Assembly: GCA_048772705.1 (NCBI GenBank)
Contig: JBLWGC010000043.1
Location: 62,001 to 126,000, forward strand
Length of the DNA: 64,000 bases
Source of the DNA: Leidyana gryllorum EB-2025a
Lineage: Eukaryota; Protista; Apicomplexa
Direction: 5' to 3'
Made by a program: the position numbers and the translations under genes. How positions within the stretch are numbered: the first letter of the stretch is position 1; each line of letters begins with the position of its first letter. The notes beneath the pieces were generated by a model, which saw nothing but the letters and a program-made list of their open reading frames with translations, searched no databases and was not told the DNA's origin. This document shows, piece by piece, positions 23,457 through 35,021 of the stretch.

Positions 23457-25255
23457 ACCAGCTGGGTAACCTGGCAGGTACGGTCTTTCACTGCCAAACC
23501 GACGGTAAAGGGTTTACAGGCGCGCCTCTTTAGTTTCAATCGGTTTGCCAGAGCCTCATTAATGTATGAGTCCGATGCCCCCGAATCCACTAACGCCTTT
23601 ACCACTTCACTCTGAGTCGGATGACGTAGTGAAAATGCAACCGTTGCGACTCCTGAGCCGGCCACTGCGATTAACCCTGGCTCTCTGGATTGGAGTTGGG
23701 CCGAAAAGGGGTCCTCTTGCGGTTGCCACCTTTTCTTAACTGGCCCTTCCTCAGCTGCCTTTTTGCGGCATACACTTTCAAAGTGATTATTGCCTTGGCA
23801 AAAGTGGCACTGTTTAACACGTGCTGGGCACTCCTTTCCTTGGCATCGCGTACCACACCTCGAACACCTCCCATCTGACAAGTTGGTGTCTTTGCCTTGC
23901 CGACTTCTGGGGGCCACCTTTGTGAATTGGCGAACATTATTCACAGGCCTGGCTTGCTCGAGTACTTGGCATAAAACTCGACATAGCCTATCCGTAGAGT
24001 CAGTAGCTTCGTGACCTTGCCCTTTTGCGGGGGTCGGAACACTAGGCCTTACTTCCTCCGTTTGCTCATGGCCTCTTGCTGTGTGGTCAGTTCGTCCCAG
24101 GGTAGGCATATAAGCAAGTACCCCTTCTTCTGGCGATTTCTCCGGAGCGAAGTCCATCAAGTAAGTGAGTGGATCTTCCTTTTAATTTGCCGATCGGTGC
24201 TGGCGACTTAGTATATATCTGTTGTAACCCCAAGTCGCTACTGAAGGGGAACGAGGCCCAGTTCTCATCTCTCCATACTTCGACCACAAGTCAGACTTAG
24301 AACTAAGTTAGTATTTTTACCGACAAGTCAACCGCGAATATGTCGCACTCAACCAAGTACAAAAGTTATTCCAAGCCGCCTCCTGCCTAGTCCAACGCTG
24401 CGAAGTCCACACCATTCAGACATTGGATCGCACCAATTCGGTCCCGCTGGCCCTCGATCACCCAAGTTCGCAAAATACCGGCGTCCCTCAATTATGAGCT
24501 CTCGTGTCCGTACCTTCCCCAACCTTTGGTTCGGCGTTTCGGTCGGCTTCGATGGCTGTTGTGACTGCTGTTTGCTTCCGAATTATGTGGTTTATATGTT
24601 TGGTTATCGCTGCATTGTACTGTGTTTGCGTGTTTGCGAGTGTTCAGCTTTCCATTCTGTACACGTTGCGGTTGCTGTAGCGTGCGCAAGTGAGGTCTGA
24701 TGTGGTGTGTATTGTGCTAATAAAAGACTGTGACGATATAGTTGTGTTGCTTAGTATGTTGACAGGTATCGTGCTTGTTATGTATTGATTTGTGAGACTA
24801 TATGAGCTGGAGATGCATGATTGCGTGAGGGTATGGCATGTATTTGCGTAACTGTGCTGTGATGTGTAGTATGCTCAGTTTGCTTAAGTGAATGAGGAGC
24901 AAGTTGGGAGGTTATGTGTGAATCATATTGGTTTAGATGGTTTGTCTGTTAGGGTGTGAGGCGTCCATAGTGAGTTAGCGATTCGCTCGTTAAGTGATGG
25001 TGCATTTGGATCGGTATGAAAGCTTGTAATGCTAGATATAAGGGGATCAATGAGATTGAAGTTGAATTGTTAGTGTTGAGAAGAATGTCATGAGTCCAAT
25101 GCGTATCGTGGACATTATGTATTGGAGTGAATGGGTATTTGTAAGAATATGCGGATGGAGTCAAGTTATGCATAGGATTTGAGTGTTGATTCGGACGATA
25201 TGTATTTAGCTAATGATAGGTAGGTTAATGGGAAGTATATTCACAATTGGGATGT

Positions 25256-25550
25256 ATGGGAGACTGTCGCCATGGATTTCTGCAGACCTTACCCTGAGTC
25301 AAATGGGGATAAGTACGTCCTGGTATTTGTTGACCAATTCACCAAGTGGGTTGAGTTAGTGCCTACGCGCAACCAAGAGGCCATAACCGTTATCAATGCT
25401 TTCAACAAGCATATTATCTGCAACCATGGGTGTCCAAGAAGACTATTATCGGGCAATGGACCCAGTTTCCGCGCCAAGTTGGTAGATCACATATGCTCAC
25501 ACTTTGGCACTAAAATGTTTTTTTCAACTGCGTATTACCCGCAAGGCGAC
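25256..25550 (+). pseudogene. Integrase core of element A, outside the inversion
   Basis: WETVAMDF..VFVDQFTKW..AYYPQGD continues PTEPWE from 21230. Confidence 0.9.
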
Positions 25551-25910
25551 TGTAACCTGTCGGGAGGTTGCGCGCGGTGAAGGTCACTTCCCGTCCATTG
25601 CGGAGGGTCATCGGTAAGTCGGCGGTCGGTTCCATGTTCACGCAACAAGTAACGAAAAGGTAAGCACAAGGGATCTATCTTGATCTAACTGTCCCGCCCG
25701 TGTCTCCGTGTGTGCCGGCCCCTGGGCCCGTACGAGACGGAGACACAGACATCCTGGTACATTGGTTGCGACCAAGTACCGTCAATCGGTCCGCCTTTGG
25801 CGTAGTAGTCGTCCTCCACGGAGGGTCCCTTGGCCCAGACGGAGTTGTGTAGGCCGGTCCAGCAAGGGTGGTAGTGGCGATGGGGGTCGAGGTAACACTG
25901 CCGTGTTACA
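25551..25910 (-). mobile_element. 3' LTR (360 bp) of chromovirus C
   Basis: TGTAAC...GTTACA termini; G-rich polypurine tract directly upstream on the minus strand (25911-25920). Confidence 0.88.
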
Positions 25911-28900
25911 TCCCCCCCCCATCCACTTCGTGGTAAGAGCCTCCGGGTGTCTCGCGTTCCAGCTCCGTCGCAATTGGGCGATTAAGTCAGAGCCTTGTCC
26001 TTCAAGTACATGCTGTGCGGGTTCCCAGGTCGCCTCCGACTCGGCATAGTCCAACCATTTTACCTTGTATTCCAATGCGCCTTCAGTCGTCATGCGCTCT
26101 CCTAGTTTTTTCTTTCCATAATATAGATGGGTAGAGGATCAGCCTCCGTCGGCTCGGTCGTCTCTTCTAGTGGGGTGTCGGTGGTTGCTGGCCAGGGCGG
26201 CGCCGAGCGGTATTGCTCGAGGCGCGAGACGTGGAATTTTGGGTAGATTTGCCAGGAGTCTGCAGTTGAGGGTATATGTCAGGGGTCCGTAGTACGGCAG
26301 CGATAGCTTGCCTGGCGGCACGTGGTGGAGGTGTCTCGTGGATAGTAGGACTTTATCTCCTGGTTGAAACCGGATGTGAATTCGTCGCTTGTCGGCTTGT
26401 GATTTCTGATGCCTTCGGGCCTCGCCCAAACGGTCCGAAGCTTCCTGTAACTTCTGCGCATGTATTCGGAACGGTAAGCTGTGCTCCAATGGCAGGATGC
26501 GGCGAGGTGGGTCGAGGCGTGTTCTTCCCGTGTCCAATTCAAACGGCGAACATCGAGTTGAGCTTTGCCTTGCCGTGTTGTACGCAATCTCGATCGCCGT
26601 GAGCAGGTGAGTCCAGCGATTCCCTAGCCCTTGTAAAGTACAACGAAGTAGCTGCAGGATAGAACGGTTGGCCCTCTCGACCAGCCCGTTGGTTTGAGGG
26701 TGATAAGCCGTGGTAAGTGTAAGCTGGGACCCGAGCTGGGTCATGGTGCGGGACTCCGTGGATTTTGACGATGTTCTCGATGAACAACGTAGCGGCCTCT
26801 GTTGCTGTGATACTCTTCGTGCACGGTACCAAACGTATCCGTCTGGTCAGCCGGTCCGAGACTACCATAACGTAATCGTGAGCAGTGTCTGGGTCCGTGG
26901 GAAGATCGAGAAGTCTAGCCCCACGTCCTCCCAAGGGAACATAGGGCCTTTTATCGGGTTTAATAGCCCTGCAGGATGGTGATTGCGGCGTTTGGCACGT
27001 TGGCAGGATCGCAGTGGTAACAATATTGCACCGTGTCCGGGAACAGCCCTCGCCAGTTGAATACCGTTCTTATCCGCGCCGCAGTTTTGTCGGGTCCCAA
27101 ATGCCCCGCAAAGTCCGTATCATGGTTTGCCGCTATGATCGTCCGAGTCAAGTCCGGGTCCGGCGGTACCCTGATCGTCCCGTCTTTTTCGATGGGTAGT
27201 CCGTGTATCCACTCGATCTCGTGGTCGTCTTCCAAGGTCCCCGTTCGTTCGGCCCAAGCTTGTCGAATTCTCTCTTCCAAGGGGGTGGTCGTCGTCGTCG
27301 TTGTCGGCTCGGCTTCAATCGCTAGAACCGTGGCGCCTGTTGAGGAAGTCTTGAGCGGTTTGGTAGGAGTCGGTCGGCTCAGAGATCGGCGATCATGTTA
27401 TTCGCTCCCGGGATGTATCGGATGTCGAGGTCGAATTCTGACAATGCCGTTAGCCATCGTACCTGCCTGTCAGTGAGGTGGGACTGGTTGAGGAGGTGAG
27501 TGAGTGGTTTGTGGTCGGTCTGTATCACAACACGTCTTCCTAGCAACAAATGCCTCCAATGCTTGCACGCAGATACGATTCCTAGCAGTTCTCTTTCGTG
27601 TGTTGCATGTCGAGTTTCCGTATCGGTCAGGATTCAAAAACTCGATGGGCGCCCTCTGTCCTTCGTCCGCTTGCTCCAACACTGCTCCAAGCGCTACTGC
27701 GCTAGCATCCGTCGTAACCCAGAGTTCTTCGCAGTTTTGTCGGGGAAATGCAAGGCCAGTGGCGTTAGAGAGTCTGTCCTTAAGTGTCCTTACCGCTATG
27801 TGGATCGCGAGGCTATCGGCCAACGGGGCGTTGGGGCTTTTGAGTCCTTGAGTTGCCTCATAAATGGGTTTCGCTATGTCCGAAAATTTGGGGATGAAGC
27901 GTCGGTAATAGTTAAAAGATCCCAAAAAACTTTGTGCTTCTTTTAAGGTTGTCGGAGATTGTATGGATTGGAGGGCAGTGACGCGATCGGCAAGCGGCAC
28001 GATACCCTTTGCGGAGATCCTATGGCCAATACTCCACTTCACGCAGGAAGAAATGTGATTTTCGCGGTGAGCTATGAGCTGATGTTCTCGAAGTCTGTTC
28101 AACACTTGTCGCAGGTGGTATCGGTGCTCCTCCCAGGACTTCGAGAAGATCAAAACATCATCCAGGTAAACAAACACAAATATTCCTATCATGTCGTGGA
28201 ATATCATCCGCATTAGTAGCATGACCGTGGCGGGCGCGTTCATCAGCCCGTTCCCCACGGTGTGATGAATGCGGTAAGTTCACAACTCTCCGGCTTCATG
28301 CGGACCTGATGATATCCGCTCTTCAGGTCAAGAGTGGAGTATGGAGGCGCCAGCCAGGACCTGCAAGGCTTCCTCCAACGAGGGCATGGGGGATGCCACT
28401 CGGATCGTCGCTTGGTTGAGTCGGCGGTAGTCGCACACCAGCCGAGGGGCGCTGGTGTCCTTTTTCGGGACGAACAGGCAAGGAGAGGCCCAAGCGGACA
28501 GGCTGGGTCGGATCTTCCCTGCCCGCTTGAGTTCGGTAATTTGCTTTCGCATCTCTTCAAGGTTGTTGTGGTGTATCAGTTAGTGCAATGGGAAGTGTCT
28601 TGTGCTCGCAACCTGGAGGTCGCAGGATCGAATCCACGGCCCTGCACTTCGCCCTTGGCTAGCCACCTCGACCGGCACATGGCTGCCCTTAGTATTGTGA
28701 TCCAGTAGTGCAGTGGTAACTACTCGGACTTGGGACCCGCAGGTCGGCGGATCGAATCCCACCTCGGACAACTGTGCCAAGACCCCCAGGTGACGGGTGA
28801 GGGCAGGTCGAGGATGGAGGACGGGTGGGGGAGCCCCCAGGAGGCCCCACAGCGTCGTACACGCACGTCTAAGCTGCACACTGGTCTGCAGTGCCACGAC

Positions 28901-29368
28901 ATGTTCGGCGACTGCGCCAATAGCACAATGGTAATGACTACGGACTTATGTTCTGAAGGTCGGTGGTTCGAGTCTCCCCGCGGACAAGCCTGACTCTCAC
29001 GGCATTGTCAACGGGACTGGCTGCTTAAGGTAAGTCTTGTCCCGTGTGCAGGTGAAGGCTGTACACGCGCGCGCCAAGACATTTGAGGCAAGACCTTAGC
29101 TGTAGCACATAGGTAGCGTTAAGTCCAACTTAGATGCTTTTTAGAAAAGGAAAAAAGGGGGAACGAACTCGACAGTCGGCACTCACCCTGGAGCACAACA
29201 AAGGTAACGTTGGGGCACTTTATACGGGGTGCGGACAAACGGTAAGGCGGCGGGGTCTGGGAGGACTATGGCGTGGTCCACTTCGGGTCGGTACGGCGGC
29301 ATCGGCAAGACTGTCTGGAATACGGAGGGGAATTCGGCGAAGATCCAAGTCTCCGTTGGCGGTGTGTC
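25911..29368 (-). mobile_element. Degraded chromovirus C: RT-RH-INT-chromodomain, 5' truncated
   Basis: YLDDVL, TTDAS, GHLG..CYHC, TAYHPQTNGLVERAN, chromodomain EYKVKWLDYAESEATWEP; frameshifted. Confidence 0.9.
28564..29200. mobile_element. 637-bp solo-LTR-like insertion carrying three tRNA-like A/B-box cassettes
   Basis: TGTTGTG...CACAACA termini, perfect AAGGT TSD; removal restores PQRYLEEMRKQ of element C. Confidence 0.88.
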
Positions 29369-31866
29369 CAGAAGTGGCTTAACGAAATGAGGGGCCAAAT
29401 CGGTGAATTACTCGACGAAGGACTGATCGCTCCGAGCCAATCAGAATGGGCAGCACCATGCATGTTCGTACCCAAGAAAGATACTAATATCCCCCGATTA
29501 GTATGTGATTATCGAAGTCTGAATGCTGTCACTCGGCGACTTGCGCCCAACATACCCAGGATGGAGGATGGCCTATCTGGACTCCGAGGAGCCACTGTGT
29601 TCTCGCTCATCGACCTGAAATCAGGATACTATCAGATTCAAGTAGAACCGGACAGTCGACATCTAACAGCGTTCGCAACACCATGGGGAATCTACGAATG
29701 GGTAGCCATGCCAAATGGTCTGTGCAACGCACCATCAACATTCATGGCACTAATGCAGAAGGTTCTGGAGGGCATCATAGGAGTATTCGCCTTCGTATAC
29801 TTGGACGACATCCTCATTCATTCTCAGTCAGAAGAAGAGCATACCGAGCATCTCCGAGTGGTACTGGACCGGCTAGACAAGCACCAATTGATTGCGCACA
29901 AACGCAAATCTCACTTCTACCAGTCAGAAATCCAGTATATCGGACACCACGTGTCGGCCACAGGAATAACACCACTACAGGATAAAGTTGAAGTTCTCAA
30001 AACACTGCCAGTACCAACTACTCTGCGCGGAATGCAGCGAGGCCTAGGAATATTCAACTTCTATCGACGCTTCATCCCGAACTTCGCAAGCGTAGCACAC
30101 CCACGATACCAAGCCACCAAAGGATTGAAACGCCCAGCCGATGCCATCACAAAACAGATGAAATCACACATGCATGGAACCAACTCAAAGCAGAGCTAGT
30201 TGACTCACCTGAACTGTGGTACCCCAACCCGGATGCAAGTGAACTACACCTGACTACGGACGCATCCATCCACGCAATCGGAGCGGTATTGGAAGAGAAG
30301 AGCCCGCCGGACCAAGGCCAATCGAGTTCTATTCTCAGACACTGTCAGGACCCGAATCAAGATACCCGACGTATGAACGCGAACTGTTGGCTATTGTGAA
30401 GAGCCTCAAGCATTGGCGACATCTACCACTAGGGCGAAAAGTTGTCATTCACACAGACCATAAACCCCTAACCTACCTGATGAGCCAGAACCACATCACC
30501 GACAGACAAGCAAGGTGGCTCATTACTATGGCCGAGTTCGACCTTCACATCCGATACTTACCAGGGAGCAACAATATCATAGCCGACCTACTCAGCAGAC
30601 CACCCAAGGGGCAGACTCAAGAACAGGAATGCTGGGCGATTCACGGAACCCACCAACCACTGGAGGAACGACTGAGGACTAGCTGGACAGGGAAAAGGAC
30701 CTTGCCACGCAGATGCAGACGAAACAATGGATCCGCGGAATACCAATCGATGAGGATGGCTGCGTTATTGTACCACCAGACCCCGACATCATCATGGATT
30801 TGATAAAGGAGCACCACAGCTCAAGATTAGCAGGACACTTTGGCCCTGAGAAGACACTCGGACGACTACGGTCAAGTTTCAACTGGCGCGAAATTGCAGC
30901 AGACGTAGCCCACTTCTGCAAGAATTGTCGAGAATGCCAACTAGCGAAGCACACAACCCAGAAACTAGCAGGCCTGTTGCACCCAATAGAGAACCCCCTA
31001 TTCCCATGGCAGCACATCGGAATAGAATTCTTAGAAATGCCGACGGACTCTGCTTCAGGACTGAACTACATCATGGTTGTTGTGGACCGAGCAAGCAGGC
31101 GCATTAGACTTACCCCATGTACCAAGAACATCACAGCCGCAGAAGCCGCAAGACTATTCATCGACAACATAGTCAAAGTACACGGCATCCCAGAGAAGAT
31201 AATATCAGATAGAGACCCCAGGTTTATCTCCGAGATGTGGCAACAAATTATGGAAGGTCTAGGAACCAACTTAGCTATGTCAACGACATACCGACCACAA
31301 TCCAACGGGCTCACGGAACACGCCAACCGATCGATCCTACAAATCCTACGGACGACGATGGACGGCGTTAATGATCAGTGGTTGAATTATCTAACAGCAG
31401 TGGAAGTCGCATACAACACAGCCCCTCAGACATCGACTAGAGCAACACCAATGGAGATAGATACGGGTCGAAACCAACATAGTCCCCTGCATTGGCTAAT
31501 GCAAGACTTCGCTCCGATAAATATCAAGGGAATCAAGACCTATCTACAGAAGGTACAAGAGGGCCATGATCGATTGCAGGAGGCCACGGAAAAACAAAAG
31601 TGCCAGGTAGACCAACATAGGCAGGATATAGTTTTCAATACAAATGACTGGGTTCTTCTCAAAACCAAGAATCTGCGGCACATCCCCAAGAACAAGCTGG
31701 TGCGACCTTTTGTAGGACCGTTCAGGATCAAAGAAGTCGAACCCAATGACACATACGAACTGGAGTTAATAGATAGCTGGCCTATCTACAACATTTTCCA
31801 TGTATCACGACTAAAACCATTTCACCAGGAGGACAGCGAAATGTACGAACAGAACCCCAGCTACTG
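29369..31866 (+). mobile_element. Ty3/gypsy family B pol (RT-RH-INT), frameshifted, no LTRs
   Basis: ORFs 29273-30199, 30387-30803, 30713-31867 with YLDD, HTDHKPL, GHFG..CREC, SDRDPRF, GPF..HVSRLKPF. Confidence 0.93.
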
Positions 31867-32060
31867 ATCATTGGCGGTCCGCTTCCCTCCCACCCGGAGT
31901 GGGAGTGTGTTGCGATCGCCACGCACTTCATCTGATGCTCCTGTTGGGTCTCAGATTGGAAGTTCACCTAGGTTTGGCGGGTGGGCGGCTATCTCAAGTG
32001 GTAGAGCGGTGATCATGGGGGCATTTGGTCACTCCTCGCGGCATGTCGAATTCGACAGTT

Positions 32061-32142
32061 GGCAACTTGCCCGAGTGGTTAAGGGGGTAGACTTGATATC
32101 TACTGGGCCTGGCCCGCGCTGGTTCGAATCCAGCAGTTGTCG
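32061..32142 (+). tRNA. tRNA-Ser(TGA)
   Basis: GTAGA-CTTGATA-TCTAC, long variable arm, GCTGG-TTCGAAT-CCAGC. Confidence 0.88.
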
Positions 32143-32224
32143 TGCGATCTGATTGGAGGGGCAGACAACAACTCACTCCTGAAACCCCAGAATGGTGCCT
32201 CAATCAGCCATCTGCCATCTTCTC

Positions 32225-32295
32225 TGCATCTGCCGGGAATCGAACCCGGGTCGCCTCGGTGGCAACGAGACATTCTACCACTAAACCACAGATGC
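32225..32295 (-). tRNA. tRNA-Gly(GCC)
   Basis: rc GCATCTGTGGTTTAGTGGTAGAATGTCTCGTTGCCACCGAGG... Confidence 0.92.
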
Positions 32296-32412
32296 GTAAA
32301 TAACTTGTTGAGCTAGTCGCTCGCTGTGCAGACCCCACAGCATTCCGTGATTCTTGATAACATAACCACTCTCTCGACTTTGCCCAGCAGCGAGTTGCAC
32401 CACCAACCGTTC

Positions 32413-32484
32413 GGCGGTTTGGTCTAGTGGTATGATCCTTCCTTAGGTTGGAAGGAGTCCTGGGTTCGATTCCCAGAACAGCCC
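32413..32484 (+). tRNA. tRNA-Pro(AGG), minor mismatches
   Basis: CTTCC-TTAGGTT-GGAAG. Confidence 0.75.
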
Positions 32485-32740
32485 GTCTGACAGTTGTTGA
32501 CTCACTTCACGTCTCTCCAAGGTCGGCTAAGATATGCGGCTCTCACTCGTACAATCCCCCATGAAGTCCAGACAGCTGAGACAGACGCTAATGGGACTCG
32601 AGCACACAATCCCCAGTTCCGTGGACCGATGCCACATCCATTGAGCCATACCGCCGATCAACGGGGGCGTCAAATGAGAGTGTTGCGATCAAGCGTTGTC
32701 GACTCGGCAAGCGTTTCCGTCCAAGACACCGGAGACATAC

Positions 32741-32811
32741 TGTCCGAGGAGGAATCGAGCCTGGGTTTGCACGACCACAACGTGCTGTCCTAAGCACTAG
32801 ACGACTCGGAC
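32741..32811 (-). pseudogene. tRNA-His(GTG), decayed
   Basis: rc GCACG-TTGTGGT-CGTGC. Confidence 0.75.
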
Positions 32812-32911
32812 AATGTTCAGGTGAGGCTATAAAGGTAGTGGAGGTCACTTAGGATGGGACCGACTCACAGTTCTCTGGCGTCTCATTCGTCAGTGCAACT
32901 GTTGTGACTCG

Positions 32912-32984
32912 TCCACTGTAGTCTAAGTGGCTAGGATGTGCGGCTCTCACCCGCACGATCCGGGTTCAAGTCCCGGCAGTGGAA
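32912..32984 (+). tRNA. tRNA-Glu(CTC)
   Basis: TCCACTG/CAGTGGA; TGCGG-CTCTCAC-CCGCA. Confidence 0.92.
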
Positions 32985-33044
32985 ATCCAGCTGAGTGTGC
33001 TTGTAGGCAACAGTTCCATTCTAACTCCAAGCGAAATAGATTCG

Positions 33045-33117
33045 CACCGCCCACGGGGCTCGAACCCGCGACTGCAAGATTAAGAGTCTTGCGCTCTACC
33101 GACTGAGCTAGGGCGGC
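33045..33117 (-). tRNA. tRNA-Lys(CTT)
   Basis: rc GCCGCCCTAGCTCAGTCGGTAGAGCGCAAGACTCTTAATCTTG... Confidence 0.93.
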
Positions 33118-33441
33118 AGGAAGGCAAGGACACAAAAGCCGATAGCCTGACATCTGAAGTGGCTTCGCTCCCAGAGCTGGTACCCACCAGGTAGTTGGCG
33201 TGGCAGGCGGAAATATAACTCTCATACCATGTCGGAGGCGCGTGACCCCCCAACCTGAGAGCCCTTTCCATTCTCAAGCTTCAACAGACAGGGAGCGCTT
33301 AGAGTGGCGGGACAGGAACCGAGCTGGTAAGATGGCTGAGGGGTCTAAGGCGCTGTATTCAAGTCGCAGTTCGAAATGGCGTGGGCCCAAACCCCACTCT
33401 TTTCAGGTTGCGCCCCATACGGGAAAAACATAGAGGCTGAT

Positions 33442-33513
33442 TGAGCCCAGATTGATTCGAACACCCAACCTTCTGATCTGGAGTCAGACGCGCTACCGTT
33501 GCGCCATAGGCCC
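33442..33513 (-). tRNA. tRNA-Trp(CCA)
   Basis: Copy of 9197-9268 with one T-stem change. Confidence 0.85.
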
Positions 33514-33587
33514 AAAACCATCCCCCGTTCCAGACTCATCGCCTTGTGGTCAGCAATGAACATCTCCGATCGTTCCAGACCATCTTC

Positions 33588-33659
33588 AGGGCACGCGCGG
33601 AGTTGAACCACGGACTTGCTGATCTGCAGTCAGCTGCTCTACCACTGAGCTACGTACCC
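33588..33659 (-). tRNA. tRNA-Cys(GCA)
   Basis: Matches 4528-4599. Confidence 0.92.
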
Positions 33660-33951
33660 ACAAACTACCCGTCATACTTGCTCAACTCGATTCTGTCTTC
33701 TCATTTGAAGCAAAACGCCCTTTATTGTGCACGAGCTTGACCAACAACGAGTCATGCATCTGTGGTTTAGTGGTAGAATGTGTCGTTGCCACCGAGACGA
33801 CCCAGGGTCGATTCCCGGCAGACGCAGGCAGGCCTCAAACAGCCGTGGCAGATTGACAGAGACGCTGACAAGCTTCAGGCACCAGGCCCGACCAGGCAGC
33901 TGTTTGGTCTGCAGGTATGATTTTTCCTCGCTTGGAAGAACATTGCAACTG

Positions 33952-34024
33952 GGTCTTGTAGCTCAGTCGGCAAAGCGTGTAGCTGTTTACCACATAGTTG
34001 CCGTTTCGAAGCCTAGCAGTGCCG
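33952..34024 (+). pseudogene. tRNA-Asn(GTT)-like, decayed
   Basis: TAGCTCAGTCGG A box, CTGTTTA loop, degenerate T arm. Confidence 0.55.
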
Positions 34025-34099
34025 GGAGCTGCGATATGCGACGCTCTGTTAGAGGTCGCAACTCTGTATTTAACTACCGGCAGGTCGCCCTACTGAGAT

Positions 34100-34172
34100 T
34101 GGACGACCTGGGTATCGATCCCAGTACCTCTCGCATGCAAAGCGCGCGCTCTACCATCCGAGCTAGCCGCCC
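34100..34172 (-). tRNA. tRNA-Ala(TGC)
   Basis: Copy of 2199-2271. Confidence 0.8.
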
Positions 34173-34232
34173 ATCCGCTCTACATGGAAAACCTTCTGCA
34201 TCCAGTGGCTGACCGAGTGCCGATACAACGGC

Positions 34233-34312
34233 TGACAAGCATGGGATTCGAACCCACGCCCTTTCGGACTGCGGCCTTAACACAGCGCCTTAGACCACTC
34301 GGCCATCTTGCC
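34233..34312 (-). tRNA. tRNA-Leu(AAG)
   Basis: rc CTGTG-TTAAGGC-CGCAG, variable arm TCCGAAAGGG. Confidence 0.85.
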
Positions 34313-34749
34313 GAAGTGTTCTTGGCTCGCCACTTTACACGTTTTCTGTTCGTGAAGTCTCGAGAAGGGAGGACTTTTGGGGTTGAAGGCCGGTGTGTTT
34401 GTGAGCCACCGAGATAGTAGGTTGGTTAGTATTTCCGCCTGTCACGCGGAAGACCCGCATTCGATTCCCGGTCTCGGAGCAGTTCCAGCCCCTCACAACT
34501 GCTGCAACTCACATTTGTCTCAGCTGGTCTGGACTTCATCCGGGATTGTACGAGTGGGAGCTTCTTTCACCCGAAGGAAGAATCATATAACTAGACCAAA
34601 TAGCCCCGTGTGGGTGCCTCAGGTAGTGGCAGGTTCCAAACCTGCGGCTTCGTGGCTAAGAGACTTACCCTCTGATGGCTGAGCTGCGAGGCTCAGCTAC
34701 GATGATGGGAGTTTGCGATAAGCTTGCAGTTGCCCAGTCGATGCAGTCG

Positions 34750-34821
34750 AGCCTTCTGCCTGAATCGAACCGGCGACCTTTCGCTTACTAAGCGAATGCT
34801 CTGCCCCTAAGCTAAGAAGGC
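34750..34821 (-). tRNA. tRNA-Thr(AGT)
   Basis: rc TTCGC-TTAGTAA-GCGAA. Confidence 0.83.
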
Positions 34822-34948
34822 AATGTTAGCTGGAGATCACGCATCAGTCCCTATTGACTGAAGTTACTGGAGCACATTGCACCGGTTCAATGACTTCCAC
34901 TGCTCCACCCAACGGTAAATAGGGTGTAACGAAGCTTAGAGCTTCCTT

Positions 34949-35021
34949 GCCGCCCTAGCTCAGTCGGTAGAGCGCAAGACTTTTAATCTTGCAGTCGCGG
35001 GTTCGAGCCCCGCGGGCGGTG
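34949..35021 (+). tRNA. tRNA-Lys(TTT)
   Basis: CAAGA-CTTTTAA-TCTTG; full cloverleaf. Confidence 0.93.

Larger units (their letters stand above)
21230..24290 (-). mobile_element. Ty3/gypsy element A: gag (Cys knuckles)-PR-RT-RH-INT(HHCC), inside an inverted block
   Basis: CHFCQGNNHFESVC, LVDSGA, YLDD, VDCDAC, HESPVGAHLG..CVLCQ. Confidence 0.93.
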
